Of a stretch of DNA of 64,000 nucleotides, positions 1-15,509 are shown one piece after another. Source of the DNA: Eledone cirrhosa. Its lineage: Eukaryota. A model generated the notes under the pieces. That model did not search any database and was not told the DNA's origin. It saw only the letters and a list, made by a program, of their open reading frames with translations. The DNA lies in NCBI GenBank assembly GCA_964016885.1, contig OZ024748.1:50654001-50718000 (forward strand), given 5' to 3'. Position 1 is the stretch's first letter, and every line of letters starts with the position of its first letter. A program made the position numbers and the translations under genes.

Positions 1-38
<38 letters not shown>

Positions 39-292
39 TTATTCATTTATTTATTTATTTATAATCATAGTTTAGTGTTTCTGTAGAAGTCGGTCGATCG
101 ATCAGGATTTTCGAGACAAGAAGGAGATAGTGACGTAAGCACTACCATGCTACTCAATATAACGATCTTCCACGATCAATGAACCCTCTGAAACAATCGT
201 AATACAAGGAACTAATTATCTACCCATCTCAGACATTTGTCACACGCATACACACACACACACACACACACACATACACACACACAGACATA

Positions 293-341
<49 letters not shown>

Positions 342-344
342 GTA

Positions 345-454
<110 letters not shown>

Positions 455-584
455 TATATGTATATATGTGTGAGTGTGTGTGTGTTTGCGTGTCTGTGTG
501 TGTGAGAGTGAGTGTGTGTGTGACAAATGTCAGACATAGTTAGATAATTAGAAGCTTTGGGTTTGATGTATAACATTAGCCGCT

Positions 585-756
585 CGGTAGATGGTCGGAC
601 GCCATGCTTTGGCGTATAGAGTTACGGCTCTTGCCATTCTGAGTTCAAATCCCGCCGAGATTAACTTTGCCTTTCATCCTTACGGGGTCGATAAAATAAA
701 GTACCAGTAATGCACTGGGTTATTGATGGCCTTGTGCCAAAACGTAGAAACAATTA
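585..756 (+). mobile_element. tRNA-derived SINE (major family)
   Basis: B-box-like GAGTTCAAATCCC, body CTTTGCCTTTCATCCTTACGGGGTCGATAAAATAAAGTACCAG and 3' end GGCCTTGTGCCAAAA..AGAAACAATTA, shared with more than 20 copies in the window. Confidence 0.9.
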
Positions 757-1384
757 TGCACTCTACTACACGCACCGCTGAATCGGGCAAACATAGTGTC
801 AACTGTGGAGTTACCGATTACTAGATATTGGCCTACCCAATTAATTTACTACACACTATTATGCTATTAAGGCATTTTTTACCCATTAAAATTAGCAGAT
901 ATGTAGCTTTGTGTAGGCAAGCATGCGTGCCTGTGTGTGTGTTGTGTAATACAAGAATGCCACGGGGATACGACGAGATTTTAAATGCATCGCAATTAAA
1001 TACTTTTGACAATTTACAAGAAAAGATTTTTAGCAGGAACGAAAAAAATAAAATCCATATATTTTCATATCTACGTTATTTTTCATAATTTAGTTTTTTG
1101 TCAATGAAGTCCTAGCATGAGATACTTAATGATTTAAATACAAGTCAATTATGAATAAAGTAATTAAAGAAATATGCGGTTAATAGAATAATGTTGGAAT
1201 ATGGGGTGGTGGTGGAGGGGGGGGGGCTGGCTTCAGCAGCAGCATTGACGAATGAGGATCAGATTGCTACAACGTTTCAAATACGAAATATTGACTGTCT
1301 AATGCATAATAGAATCAATACAACGTTTAATAACAAACGAACATACTGTTGTTGCTGCTACTGCTACTACTACTAATTCAAATA

Positions 1385-1534
1385 ATAATTGTTTCTACTT
1401 TTGGCACAAGGCCAGCTATTATCCCAGAGTATTACTGGTACTTTATTTTATCGACCCTGTAAGGATGAAAGGAAAAGTTAACCTCGGCGGGATTTGAACT
1501 CAGAATAGCAAGGGCCGTAACTCTATACGCCAAA

Positions 1535-1538
<4 letters not shown>
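1385..1538 (-). mobile_element. SINE, major family, 5' truncated
   Basis: Reverse complement of the consensus body. Confidence 0.9.
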
Positions 1539-1615
<77 letters not shown>

Positions 1616-1616
1616 T

Positions 1617-1705
1617 TTATTAAAATAACAGATTAAAGTTTAAGCAAAGAGTCGCTGCTTTATCCTTATCGAGCCCTCTTTGGATTTTAGTCTTCAAAAT
1701 TATTA
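1617..1705 (-). mobile_element. Family E deletion derivative
   Basis: AAAATAACAGATTAAAGTTTAAGCAAAGAGTCGCTGCTTT is fused to ATCCTTATCGAGCCCTCTTTGGATTTTAGTCTTCAAA. Both segments match 41246-41460. Lies inside (TA)n. Confidence 0.7.
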
Positions 1706-1724
1706 TATATATATACATATATAT

Positions 1725-1783
<59 letters not shown>

Positions 1784-2890
1784 CGTGGAAGGCGCGTGGC
1801 TGAGTGGTTAGAGAATTGGAGTGGTTAGAGAATATATATATATATATATATATATTCTTAATTTAAAGGCATTAATTCACATGTAAATTCAGAACGATTT
1901 CTGTTTACCATACAACTGTTTTTAGACACGTGATGGCATTGAAGTGTAATATAGTGGTTACATATGAAAGAAATAATTGATTTCACGTGTGCCTTTCTCA
2001 AATACTAGGAAATTGTAAACAAATTGGAATGAAATGACTACTGGCAGGAGTTAAAGAGATGATGATGTTCTGTGTCTCCTTTTAGTCTTTATTTCTAATG
2101 GACATCTTTCATCAATAGCAGCATTCGTCAACGACGACTGAGATTTTCGTTATTCTTGCACTACATTCGTGAAAATTTCTGTTAATTTTTCTTTGGTATT
2201 TTCACTAAATGTAACTAAACCTCTTCGCTCTTAGTGTTTTAATTCCTTCTCAAAAATTTAATGCCAAATGAAACTAATATCTATGTATTCCCGATTAATT
2301 CTAGAGACAATACCTACAACATCATAATATAGTCTATGTTGCACTAAATATATATCATGCCGCATTTCAACCTGAGTATGTAAAACACACAACCTAAGCG
2401 ACAGAAACTGGGAAGTTTTATGAAGTAGGCAAACATTTTAGGAACAGTGGTATATTGTATAACGTAGTCATAAACACAATGTCTCAGGTGCTTTACAATA
2501 TATATTTCCTTGATGAGGACTTACCTGAAATTACACCTCAACAATGTCACCATTTTCACCACAGATATATATTGGACGAGGCACTTCATACAAATCAACC
2601 AAACATCTTGCATCTCTCGTCACACATACCTCAAATTATAACTATTCAATCAGCACTAGTGACTAGCGACAAGAGCATTACCATCACTAAGAACTATAAC
2701 TACAAAAACACCCCTCACACTACAAACCCCAAGCAATATTCACCGTTAAAAATGAGAATGAATAAATAAATTAAATAAATTAAAAGAAGCTCTTATTATA
2801 TTACTAATTATTTCTCATCCTTTTATATTCAGTATTACTTGTGGCATGAAACCTAGAGAGTAGTGTGGGTGGTGGAGACTGGCAGTAAGA

Positions 2891-2975
<85 letters not shown>

Positions 2976-4499
2976 TATGTGTACGCGTATGCACGTGTGT
3001 GTATGTGAGGAGAAAGAGGTGAGAAAACGAGTGTGGGAAAGAACAGAGTAAGAATTCTTTTTAGATAAACAAAAGATAAAAAAAGGTAGAAAAAAACCGA
3101 AACGAAAATTAAGGAGTAAAATTTAGAAAAGAACAAAAAAAGATTCTTTACAAAAAAAAAAAAAAAATAAAAAAAACGAAATTTGCCCGGAAACTGCTCA
3201 ATTGCACATTTTAATTTAATTCTTTAAAATCAAGTCATTAGTGATGCTAATTTTTTCAAAATCATTATAGATTTTTTTCCTCTTCTATTTAACATCCTTG
3301 AAATGATTAGCCTGTTGTAGTCGATGCTGGCTGTTTCATTACGTGATGTTGATGTTGACGTTGCTGCTATTACTGAAATTGGCATTTTTTTTTAGTTTAT
3401 TGTTACTGTTTTTGCCGGTGTATTATTTCCACATTGTTGTTGTTAGGTTATTATTAATTCCATATATAGGCACAAGAGCAGCAAAATGGCTGTATAGTAC
3501 AGAAGTTCGCTTCACAACCACTTACTTCCGGTTTCCTGTACTTGCCTTTGGTCTTGTACAATTGTCTTCTACTAATACCTCGTGTGGATGAATACATTAT
3601 TAATGAAATATATATATGCATGTGTGTATGTATACGTTTATGTGTGTGCGTGCGTGTGCATGTGTGTTAGGGTGTGTGTGTGTTTTTACATATGTCTGTG
3701 TGTGTGTGTGAGTGTGTGCTCACGTATGTCTGTGTGTATGGTTAGGTATGTGTGCGTGTTCTCACAATGCATATTGGAGAGTCATGGAAACATTGACGAG
3801 AAATACGAAGTGGAGGACTTTGGAGCTCATTAAACTTATGTTTTCCATTGAATGTCTAAAAAATAACAGAGTTATATAGTGTACATTATCTAATCATACG
3901 TTATTTCAATAAATCAGTAGGAGGAAGAAGATCAATTATGATTTCTAGTGTCCCACGTAACTGGTGAAACGAAATTCACTTCAGAGCAACGAGCTGGCCG
4001 AAATACTTGCAACAAACGAAACTCTACTAAATGCAGCAAAGTGTTAAATTAAACGAAACGACTTAGGTCTACCAATCCTTTGGGTACTATTACAGTAAAT
4101 TATTTAAATATGAATTAAATTGACTAGGATTTGGCATGTATACAACTGGTCAACCCTAATTGAGTATTCCCATGATAAAAGACAGTCCAGCAGTGAACAC
4201 ACCGTCGTTTTTGCAAATATAATGATGCCATGAACAAACAATACGCAATGTGATTTTCTAATGTAGTGTGTGGTCTGAGGGAGATATTGCTGCTATATCT
4301 AGCTGGTGAGTGAAATCATAGAAATATCATCCGTTAGATTCATAGGCTTAAGATCTGCTCTATACAGCAGATATTTAGTGACTACAACAGGCTAAATGCT
4401 CTGACATGTTTGAAGTCTAACCTTAAACCTTTGACTAGTTTTGTGTCTCCACTAATGACACTCGTTTTCTTGACGAGGCCAAATATGCTACATAATCTT

Positions 4500-4782
4500 G
4501 TGTTACCTGGCATCCGACGCATATCTGTCGTTGTACGTAAGAGGAGAGTAAGATTTGCTGGACATTGCCATCGTGCCTCCTATGAGGCCGTGTCCCCATT
4601 AGTGCTTTGGAAACAACAAGCAGTCACTAACAACAGGGGGCGCAAGCTCTGCTATCCTGATGTCATCTCTAGAGATTATCGTATTGAAATCCAGGATTTG
4701 GCAGCGGCAATGAACAACAGACCCACGTGGAGATCAATTGTTAAGTCGATTTCGGCTGAGGCCACCGGATGATGATGATGAA
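4500..4782 (+). mobile_element. RTE-clade LINE 3' fragment
   Basis: RRVRFAGHCHRA...RGRKLCYPDVISRD...AMNNRPTWRSIV is a typical RTE ORF C-terminus. It is followed by a (GAT)n tail. Confidence 0.8.
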
Positions 4783-6279
4783 TTGTTCAGTAAGGGCATA
4801 TTCTATCCTATATTACGGCCATGATTATATAAAATAGCTCTACATTTCTGTTGATTAGACAAAATACCAATATTTTATTGCTGATGGAATACCGTTGAAG
4901 GAATTAACACCAATCGGTAAATATCCACCTCGCAATAAAGAGGTTCCGAGTTTAATCTCATTGTGTAGAATCTTGCATTTGTACTCTAACCTCGACTAGA
5001 TACTTGCCATGATAGAAACTGAATATGCTCATAGGATAGTTCCATGTTAGTTTCTTGTAACATAGTTGTTCAGTATCATCAAATTTAATCGTATATAATA
5101 TCCAGGAATATACGGCCATCCACATTTTCATAGTCTACTGTGAATTACATTAAACACAACCTCCTTCCGTTTTTATGTTGCTAAGGAATGATTTACAAAA
5201 TATTTGGTTGCAATTTCTAGCGGATCTATTGACTATGTAGAGGCTCTAGTTTTGATTTATAGAAATACTCTTATTATTGTTGAGGTTATTGTTAATATCA
5301 GTTAAAACTTCAATGAGCAGCCTACGGTTAAAGGCTTTCCTGCCGTATTCCATTTTCACGGACTATACTCAGAGCTGAAGTATCGAATATATTCGTTTCC
5401 ACATTTAAGAAGATGGGTTGTGATTTGGATGAGTTTGGGCTGCAATTCCAAGGAGACCCAGCGAATATTTAAATATGATTACTCTTACAAGTTTTAGGAT
5501 ATATTCACCCCCAGAGAATATTTATCGATTGGTCACATAGTGTTGTATATATTTTCAAATGCAAAGCAAGAGTTTGAGTTTTGCAATTTAAATTTAAGCT
5601 TCATTAAATGTCCAAAGGTTATAAACGACAGCTTTAATGAAACTCGATTCAATCAGTGATAATAACTGAAACATAATTTTAAATATGAAACTTAAATGTT
5701 GCTTTCTAAAACACTCACCATCATTAACATTTAAACAATGATATATCTTCATCACCACCTCTAAAATCGATCACAATAGAAAATTAGCCACTAGTTTTAA
5801 GTTCACCTCTTGATTATCTGCACTCAGAAAGGCGCCCCTTTGAACTTTGTACTGGTAATGTATCGGAAGATGGCAAGTTTCGCTTGGGAAACTACGCAAA
5901 GATTTCAACGCCTCTTCACTTCATTACGGAATTAATTATTTGTTTACATAAAAAAGAAAAAACTGAAAAAAAAAAAGAAAATAACAAAACCCGACAAAAT
6001 TTCGGAAAAAAATAAATACATAAATTAATTAATAAATTAATAAATAAATAAATATATATGAATAAAAAAGAAAAAAATATCAAAGTCAGAAGAATAAAAA
6101 CAAGCGAAAGAATTAATTCAGCATGTTATATGTTATGTTATGTCATGTCATGGCAGAGGTAGGTTGTTGTAACATTCTCTCTCCCTTCCCACACCCCGAG
6201 AAATAATTGATTCGTTTTACTAATTAAATGGTGTTATCCAAAAATAATTTCAAAAAAGAATGTCGAACATTTTTTTAAT

Positions 6280-6548
6280 CATCGTCATTATCACCACCGC
6301 CACTCTTTACAATCATCATCATCATGAAGACATCATCATCATCATCATCACAAACATGGACCACGTCATCATCATCATCTTCTTCATTAAGATCCTCATT
6401 ATCACTATCAGTATCATCATCATCGTCATCATCATCAATCAATCATCATCATCATCATCATCAATATCATCAACGCTATGATAATGATGATGATGATGAT
6501 GATCATCATCATCATCATCATTTTCATCATCATCATGATACTCATTAT

Positions 6549-6582
<34 letters not shown>

Positions 6583-7077
6583 AGCATCAGCATCCTCATC
6601 ATCATCATCATCATCATCATCCTCATTATCCCCACCATCATCATCATCAATGTTTTTTATCACCATCATCACCATCACCACCACTACCACCATCACCACC
6701 ACCACCACCACCACCACCACAACCATCATCATTATCCTCATCATTACCATCACAATCATCATCATTATCATCATTATCATCATCATCATCATCATTATCA
6801 TCATCACCATTATCACCATCATCATCATAGTCAACATTATTATCATGTTACGTCCCTTTATGATCTGAGTTCAAATCCAGCCGAGGTTAACTTTGCCTTT
6901 CATCCTTACGGGGGTCGATAAAATAAAGTACCAGTGATACACTGGAGGGTAACTGCTGGCCTTGTGCCAAAAGTAGAAACAATTATTATCATCATCACCA
7001 TTATTATCACCATCATCATAGACAACATTATTATCACCATGACCACGACCACCACCATCATCATCATCATTATCACA

Positions 7078-7114
<37 letters not shown>

Positions 7115-7145
7115 ATAAGACCCCCCCCCCCACCACCACCACTGT
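6280..7145. repeat. (CAT/CAC)n compound microsatellite
   Basis: Seen directly; source of the poly-H/S/I pseudo-ORFs. Confidence 0.95.
6847..6990 (+). mobile_element. SINE, major family, 5' truncated, in a (CAT)n tract
   Basis: Consensus B box, body and 3' end. Confidence 0.9.
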
Positions 7146-7505
7146 TCACACTACCGTTGTCATTACTCTCATTCTCTAATTTCCAATTAATTTCAACCTG
7201 TATATATATTTATATATCTATATTTTTTATATTAATCCAATTAATTTTAATGATTTTTATCTCAATCAATTTTCTTTACGTTTTTTAGTATTATTATTAT
7301 TTTTGTGTTCATTATCATTAACATTATTATTAATATTGTTATTATCAGTATTATTGTCTTTGTTGTTGTTGTTATTGTTGCTTTTTTATTGTTGTTGTTA
7401 TAATTATTTCTCTTTTTCTTGTTCCTCTTGTTCTTCTCCCCCTTCGTCTTCTTCCGCCTCTTCATCTTCTTGGTCTTCTTACTCTTCCTCATCTTATACT
7501 TAATC

Positions 7506-7565
<60 letters not shown>

Positions 7566-7638
7566 TCATCAATATCAGTAGTAGTAATGTGAGTAGCAGT
7601 AGTTGTAGAGGTGATTGTGATGTTAATGGTGATGATGG

Positions 7639-7686
<48 letters not shown>

Positions 7687-8299
7687 CAGCGTTCTCCGAA
7701 GTTGCGATGATGGTTCTTGTGATGCTGAGTTTTGTAGTGGTACTGGTGTTTCTCATTTTGGAGGTGACTTTCATGATCGCAGTGTCAATGGCGGATGTTG
7801 CGAAGATGTTGCTGAATATGCTAGTCCAAGGTATGATATAGATTAGTGTGGTGGAGAAAGAAGTGGTGGTAGTGGTGGTGGTGGTGGTGGTGGTGGTGGT
7901 GGTAGTGGGGCCATGCTGGTAGCGGTGGCTATTGTGTTGGAAATGTTGGTGTTGGTGTTGGTGACGGTGTTAGTGCAGTGCTGTTGGTTGTAGTGGTAGG
8001 TTTCAGGTGCCGTTTATGGTCTTGGTGATTCTGTTGTGGCTCTAGAGATGCCATTGGTGTTGTAAGATATATAGATTGCTGTGTTAGAGAATAATGTGCT
8101 GGTGGTGCATGTGGTTGTGGCTGTGGTTGCAGTGGTGGCTGTTGGAGTAGTGATGGTGGTAGTGCAGTGTTGTTGGGTTTAGTGGTGAGTTTTGGGTGGC
8201 GTTTATGATATTGGTAATTGTGTTGTGGGTCTAATGGTGCCAGTGATAGTAAGATGAAGTGAATATCTATATATACACATGTTTATAATACCATTTAAA

Positions 8300-8483
8300 T
8301 AATTGTTTCTACTTTTGGCACAAGGCCAGCAATTATCCCAGTGCATTACTGGTACTTTATTTTATCGACCCCGTAAGGATGAAAGGCAAAGTTAACCTCG
8401 GCGAGATTTGAACGCAGATCATAAAGGGCCGTAACTCTATGTTGGAAGGCATGGTGTAAGACCCTCTACCTCTACTGCCATGC
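8300..8483 (-). mobile_element. SINE, major family
   Basis: Reverse complement of the consensus. Confidence 0.9.
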
Positions 8484-9215
8484 TAGAAAAGAAAGTGGTT
8501 GTATATAGTTCTTTCCACTAGGTATAATTGTGGCCATCATTGATGTTGCTGTTGTTGATATTGTTCATTATAGCCTGATTATACCTGACTAAACAAACAT
8601 ATGATAAAATGTATTTCATCCGTGGCCCATCACATCTTTTTATCTTATGTCATTTCCTGATGTAATTTGAGGGTTACATACTGACTATTTCTAGCAGTTC
8701 ACCAAAAAAGACGACAACTATGAGAAAATGGATGTTTGGAAGATGAGGTAGTAAACACAAAATGTGGCTAGGAGAAGGAAGATGTTGGAAGGTTAAAATA
8801 TAAAAAGGAAGAAAACTGGTTTTATTAAAATATCTGTGTGTGTGCGTGTGTGTGTTCACGCCGGCTGGTATGCATGTTTGTATTAGAGAATGCCCAATAT
8901 TTGCATAGATTTTAAGAGTAGGTGTCAATGTAACAGAATTTTCTTTAATTATTGTATGAAAGATTCATAGTATTAAAACGTCAAGGGACAAAGACAATGG
9001 AAAGAAGAAAACAGCGGAAAAACCGACAGCCACTTCTCCGCAGTCAACCTCTAGAAATCACTATGGTTTCGGTTTATTTGGGTTGATACCTTTCATTCCA
9101 GTACACATTGGGACATAATAAAACAGGCAGAGACAAGCTATGCTTTAGCCATATTACACAAATATAGAGTGCGCAAAGGTTAAGCCAAAGGAGACATATA
9201 TACAAAATAGACAAA

Positions 9216-9405
9216 TAATTGTTTCTAATTTAGGCACAAGGCCAGCAATTACCCAGTTCATTACTGGTACTTTATTTTATCGGCCCCGTAAGGATGAAAG
9301 GCAAAGTCAACCTCAGCGGGATTTGAACTCAGATCGTAAAGGGACGTAACTATGCTGGAAAGCATGGCGTCCGACCCTCTACCGATACTGCCAATCCACC
9401 GCCCC
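9216..9405 (-). mobile_element. Full-length SINE with target-site duplication
   Basis: Head GGGCGGTGGATTGGCAGTATCGGTAG (A-box-like) through to the 3' end. AATAGACAAATAAT is duplicated at ~9206 and ~9410. Confidence 0.9.
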
Positions 9406-9613
9406 AAATAATAGACAAATAATAAAACAAAAGACAGCAAGGAATGTTGTCCAACGTGCAAACAAAGTAGGACACTAAGGCGTAGACAAGGTAAGAAGGG
9501 AGAAAAGGAGAAAACAGGCCGGGTGGTGTGATGTCTAATATAGGACAATTTCAAAAAGACCAGCATGGCTAAAATTTTAGAACCTAAATTCAATAATATA
9601 TATATGTGTATAC

Positions 9614-9682
<69 letters not shown>

Positions 9683-10039
9683 CTATCTATTTCCTATGTA
9701 TCCATATATCAAGACGAAAATATATCAACGAAAATATGTGAACAGCAGAAACACTAAACATAACAGAAATACGTACCGTGGTTAATATGATTGACTGAAT
9801 CAGATTAGTGCCATAGCATAACGGCAGGTTGAAGACTAAAACAAAGAAAATAAGGGACTAACAAAAGAATAAACATATTGTAGTAGCTACATGTGTATGT
9901 CAAACAGACCCGTACATACACATAATCTAAGCGAACCTAAAAAAATCCGTGAAAAATTAGGAAATAAAAAAGATAAATTTAAAAAATGCAAAGAAATGTA
10001 AGAAGAAATATAACAGACACGAAAAGGAAAATATAAAAA

Positions 10040-10099
<60 letters not shown>

Positions 10100-10204
10100 A
10101 CAAAGATAGTAGTGATTAAATATTATAAAATACCGATATTTGAACTGTTTCAACATCATTTAAATCTGATAGAATTTTTTTAAAAATTAAATAAAACAAA
10201 TACA

Positions 10205-10277
<73 letters not shown>

Positions 10278-10508
10278 CGATTTATTGGCCACAAGGGCCG
10301 AGACAAGAACAATAATAATTATGACAACAACATTTACTGTAATGAAGATACTCGTACAGATAATGAACATGATACTTCAAAATGATTAAGATGTTGGAGA
10401 TGTTGAAAATAATGATTATGACGATGATGACACCAACAACAACAACGATTATTACAGTGATTGTGTCGATGATGATGATGACGGCGACGACAACGATGAC
10501 AAAGATGT

Positions 10509-10539
<31 letters not shown>

Positions 10540-11363
10540 AGTCATGACGATGTTGATGATGATGACTATGATGATGTAGTTGATGACGATAATGATGATG
10601 ACGGCGACGACAACGATGATAAAGATATTGATGATGTTGATGATGATGATGACGATTATGATGGGGATGATTATGATGGGGATGAAGACGATGGTGTTGA
10701 GGATGACGACGAAGATGATATTGATTATGATGATGATGGTGATGGTGAGAAAAAGATGTAAAATTAAGTATGTATAACCCCAACAAACAGAAGTACACAA
10801 ACTGATATAAAATAAAGTAACATATCAATTAAAAATCAAAGAAACTTAAATACGATTAAAATAAAAATAAATAAAATATAATGAATTAAAAACGAAACAA
10901 CAACAAAAACCATGTAAACAACAGACTGCTCTAAAAATATTCCTCATCAACCACCCACCAGATCACATATTCATACACACATACCTAAAGCAGACAAACA
11001 GCCACGTATAAACACTCGCACAAAAACAGACAGACACATACTCACACGCACACACACACACACACACATGCACACACAGATGAAATCTAAAATGAAACTA
11101 ACAAAAAAAGAAAAGAAAAGATACAAAATATGACAAACATATTCTGGCAAATAAGGTGGATGGTGATGTGGTGGTATGTGAGGGAGGAAAATAACAACAA
11201 AAATATCTTTATACAAGATAAGATCGACTTAAAAACCGAAATTAATTAGGATAGTTACGATAGACGAATCCTTTGATCATACATTCATTAAACTATAGTT
11301 AAACAACAACAGCAACTACAACAACTAAAACAACAACACCACCACCGCCACCACCACCTCCAC

Positions 11364-11417
<54 letters not shown>

Positions 11418-12089
11418 TATTAATTGTAATTAAGAAACAATAAATAATATAGTGAATTTAAAATGAATTTATCAAACAAAATAATAAAGTTAAATACAAA
11501 ATGTAAATTGTAAAATTAAAATCAATACAATCTAAACATCACCCTTTCCACTCCACCTCCACAGTTTAACAACAAAATTAATAACAATAACAAAAACGAA
11601 ACAACAATAATAACACATGCCCTGAAACAAACTGTAAAATAATAAAACAAGCAAAACTGCACAAAATAACTAAATATATGTAAGGTTATATAACAAGAAC
11701 GAAATAAAATTCGCCATCTTTAAATCTAACAAAAATTTAAATATTCCTTACAAAAGGATGAGAAAATGTTAAAAATAATAATATAGAAACAATACTAGCT
11801 TTAGTCTAATTGATACTTTAATAAAAACCAAAAGAAGAAAAGTAAATAAATATATTTTTAAAAAGAGACTAAATCAAACATTGATTGTATCATAAAGTGT
11901 TGTTTTAATTACTCCTGCTCTATCGTTGAGATTCGAAGGTTTATTATTACGCAAAATATAAAGGGTAGGCTGGTAGTTTACAGAATCCAAATATGTGTCT
12001 GTGTGTAATTCTGTTTGATTGTATGTGTGTATGTAAATACGAATTTATACACATATGTAAATATATATATATAGGCTTCTAAAACGATC

Positions 12090-12162
<73 letters not shown>

Positions 12163-12770
12163 TTATATATATGTGTATGTATATATTTATTTATATTTAT
12201 ACATACTATACGTATGAGTATATGCATGAATAATATATATGTGTTTGTGTTAACTCTCATACCCAGTTATTCTTATAATTCTTATTATTGTTACTGCTGT
12301 TACTTGTTCTTTTTGCCACGATTTTATTATTTCTCATTATCTAAATATCAACACTATTTCCCTTGTGATTGCTGAGGATGTAATGAATACAAAGTTACAA
12401 TCAACGGTGTTTCAGCCGCCGCAAGCAGTGCCTGGATTTGGTTCCATGTACAACTATATGATACCATGAACACTTTCATTGACACGTCAGATTTTTTTGA
12501 TATGTCTAAAGCCACAACGTAGAGGTTCCAATTCTCGCCAGCGTTGTATATTTCATCCAGACACACACGCGCGCACACACACACACACATACACTACGTA
12601 GACACATACATACATACGTATATATATACACATATATTCGTGGAAGTAAATCTCTATCAATTCGTCTGTGTAAATATGAGGATAAATACATATGAAAATT
12701 CCCAGGCTGTTTCACGGGGTAACCATAGATAAAAGTGGCTCTCAATACGTTGGGAGCGTATAGGCATGTT

Positions 12771-13462
12771 TATTATATGTAGAAATAATTGTTTCTACGT
12801 TAGGCACAAGGCCAGCAATTACCCAGTGTATTACTGGTACTTTATTTTATCGACCCCGTAAGGAGGAAAGGCAAAGTTAACCTCGGCGGGATTTGAACTC
12901 AGAATGGCAAGGGCCGTAACTCTATGCGTCAAAGCATGGCGTTCGACCCTCTACCAATACTGCCAATCCACCGCCACTATTATGTAGAAATAATTGTTTC
13001 TACGTTTGGCACAAGGCCAGAAATTACCCAGAGCATTACTGGTACTTTATTTTATCGACCCCGTAAGGATGAAAGGCAAAGTTAACCTCGGCGGGATTTG
13101 AACTCAGAATGGCATGGCCGTAACTCTATACGTCAAAGCATAGCGTCCGACCCTCTACCGATACTGCCAATCCACCGCCCTTGTAGAATCCACCTATTAT
13201 GTAGAAATAATATGTAGAAATTATATGTAGAAATAATGCTTTCTTATATAGGCACAAGGCCAGCAGTTTTGGGGGAGGGAAAAGTCGATGAAATTGACCC
13301 CAGTGCGTGACTGGTACTTTATTTTATCGACCCCGTAAGGATGAAAGGCAAAGTTAACTTCGGCGCGATTTGAACTCAGATCATAAAGGACGGTAACTCT
13401 ATTCGGCAACGTCCGACCCTCTACCGATACTGCCAATCCACCGCCCTTATATGTAGAAATAA
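12771..13462 (-). mobile_element. Three full-length SINEs in tandem
   Basis: Copies at ~12786-12975, 12991-13180 and 13236-13447. TATGTAGAAATAA is repeated at every junction. Confidence 0.9.
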
Positions 13463-13967
13463 CATCTACAGGACTAGATATGTTTCATTCGTATGAAATC
13501 ATTGAAAAATATGAGTGTATAGGCGAGAGTTTACATGTAAAATTTCACACTTGTGAAGGTGTCCCAAACAAATTCGATGATTACCATTCATATGTTAAAC
13601 GACTGTATACGCGGTTGAGTATTTGACGAACAAATATACACCTAACAGAATTCACAGGACGAATCAGAGTGAAACAAAATATAACAGCCGCTAAAATTAT
13701 ATGTAAAATCATCCATAGGGCATACGCACTTTCCGTCTACCTAATGTCACACACATGTCCGTCGACCTGAGGTCAGGGTAAAATACATGTGTCCAAGATA
13801 AACATATAAACACATGTCTCGGAATGAAGCTTCTTATGTATTTTAATTTAAAATTATATACACACAAGAGAAATTGTCCATAAATACATAGATGCTTACG
13901 TACACACAAACAAACACGAATACACACACATATACACACACAAACGCACACACATACACTCACACAC

Positions 13968-14001
<34 letters not shown>

Positions 14002-14350
14002 TTCAGTGTGTTTGTGTGTAATTCCCGAGTTAATTCGTGTAAATCATCTCGAATGCATATATATGTATATGTCAACAAGTAAACATTTCATAATCTTCAG
14101 CCATCGACATGTACGTACGGTTTCGAACGAAACATAGGTACTGCTGGAGCATTTGGGATTCCATGTCTTGGAAAATAGAGAAACATTGTCCTTGGCTTAT
14201 TCAGACTTAACTCAAAGGAAAGAGAATTTACGTATGTGCGATACTGTGTCAAGCCAATACATTATGTAAGGTCGGAGTCATATACCTGTTGCCAATATTA
14301 CAATATCACACGTGAAACACATGCCTCCCCTCTCTTCCATTGTTGAATTA

Positions 14351-14393
<43 letters not shown>

Positions 14394-14661
14394 ATACATA
14401 CTTGCATACAGAAACACAAACATATATGTATAAATATAAATCTCCTTTTTCTCTCTCTCCTTGTTTCCTTCCTCAATAACAACAGTTACTGACGCACTGG
14501 AGACAGAAATATTGTTTTTAATGCGTTGAAATGTTCAATAGTTCCAGCAGATGACTGTTCATTGTTTATGCTTTCCTTTTATTTCTAAATCTAATTTATC
14601 AAGTAACCACACAGCCCCTTGTTCCTTCTAAATATATATATATATATGTGTGTGTGTGTGC

Positions 14662-14706
<45 letters not shown>

Positions 14707-14726
14707 GGTGAGAGAGAGAGAGATAA

Positions 14727-14791
<65 letters not shown>

Positions 14792-15144
14792 CAGGGAGAG
14801 AGATGCGATAATGTGTGTATTTATGTGTGTGTAAGTGTGTATTTGTAAAGACCGTTATTCCATAAGCAAATGTAGTATTTCATGATTGGTCCGTTGTATC
14901 TGGCTTCTTTTGAAATATGTGATATATATTCAATTATAGTCTCTGACAGTAAAAACGTAGATTGATCGTTTAATTTAAGGCCTTCTCTTTAAATAGTTAA
15001 CAATTGAAACGAGGAGTAAACATTTTCAAACAATGTATGAAATAACCCAATTCGATAGCACAAAGAAGTAAAGAAGAAAATACATTGTGTTCTGTTACTT
15101 TCGTATTAATATGAATCTGTCTTTGACTGATGTCGGCCTGCCTG

Positions 15145-15231
<87 letters not shown>

Positions 15232-15344
15232 GGGGGGGGCATGTGCGTGTGTTTGAGTGTGCGATATTTACATCTACACACAGACACCCATCCACAGACA
15301 CACCACACACAGACACCCATCCACAGACACACCACACACACACG

Positions 15345-15408
<64 letters not shown>

Positions 15409-15477
15409 TGTATAAATATATATATGGGGTGGTTTGTGTCTCTGTGTGTATCCGTATGTGTATATATATCTATGTTG

Positions 15478-15509
<32 letters not shown>

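Noticed and set aside
1885-1935. Very degenerate HHR-like strings here (minus strand) and at ~2508-2540 (+), 17335-17405 (-), 40735-40805 (-) and 58350-58385 (-)
   Set aside because: Each needs several core substitutions or lacks stems, so none can be distinguished from chance by eye.
5800-5950. Short open frames on both strands in unique sequence
   Set aside because: No recognisable protein motif and no convincing splice-site pair.
14105-14145. Short imperfect palindrome GTTTCG-AA-CGAAAC resembling the fold-back elements
   Set aside because: Too short, with no second copy in the window to support it.
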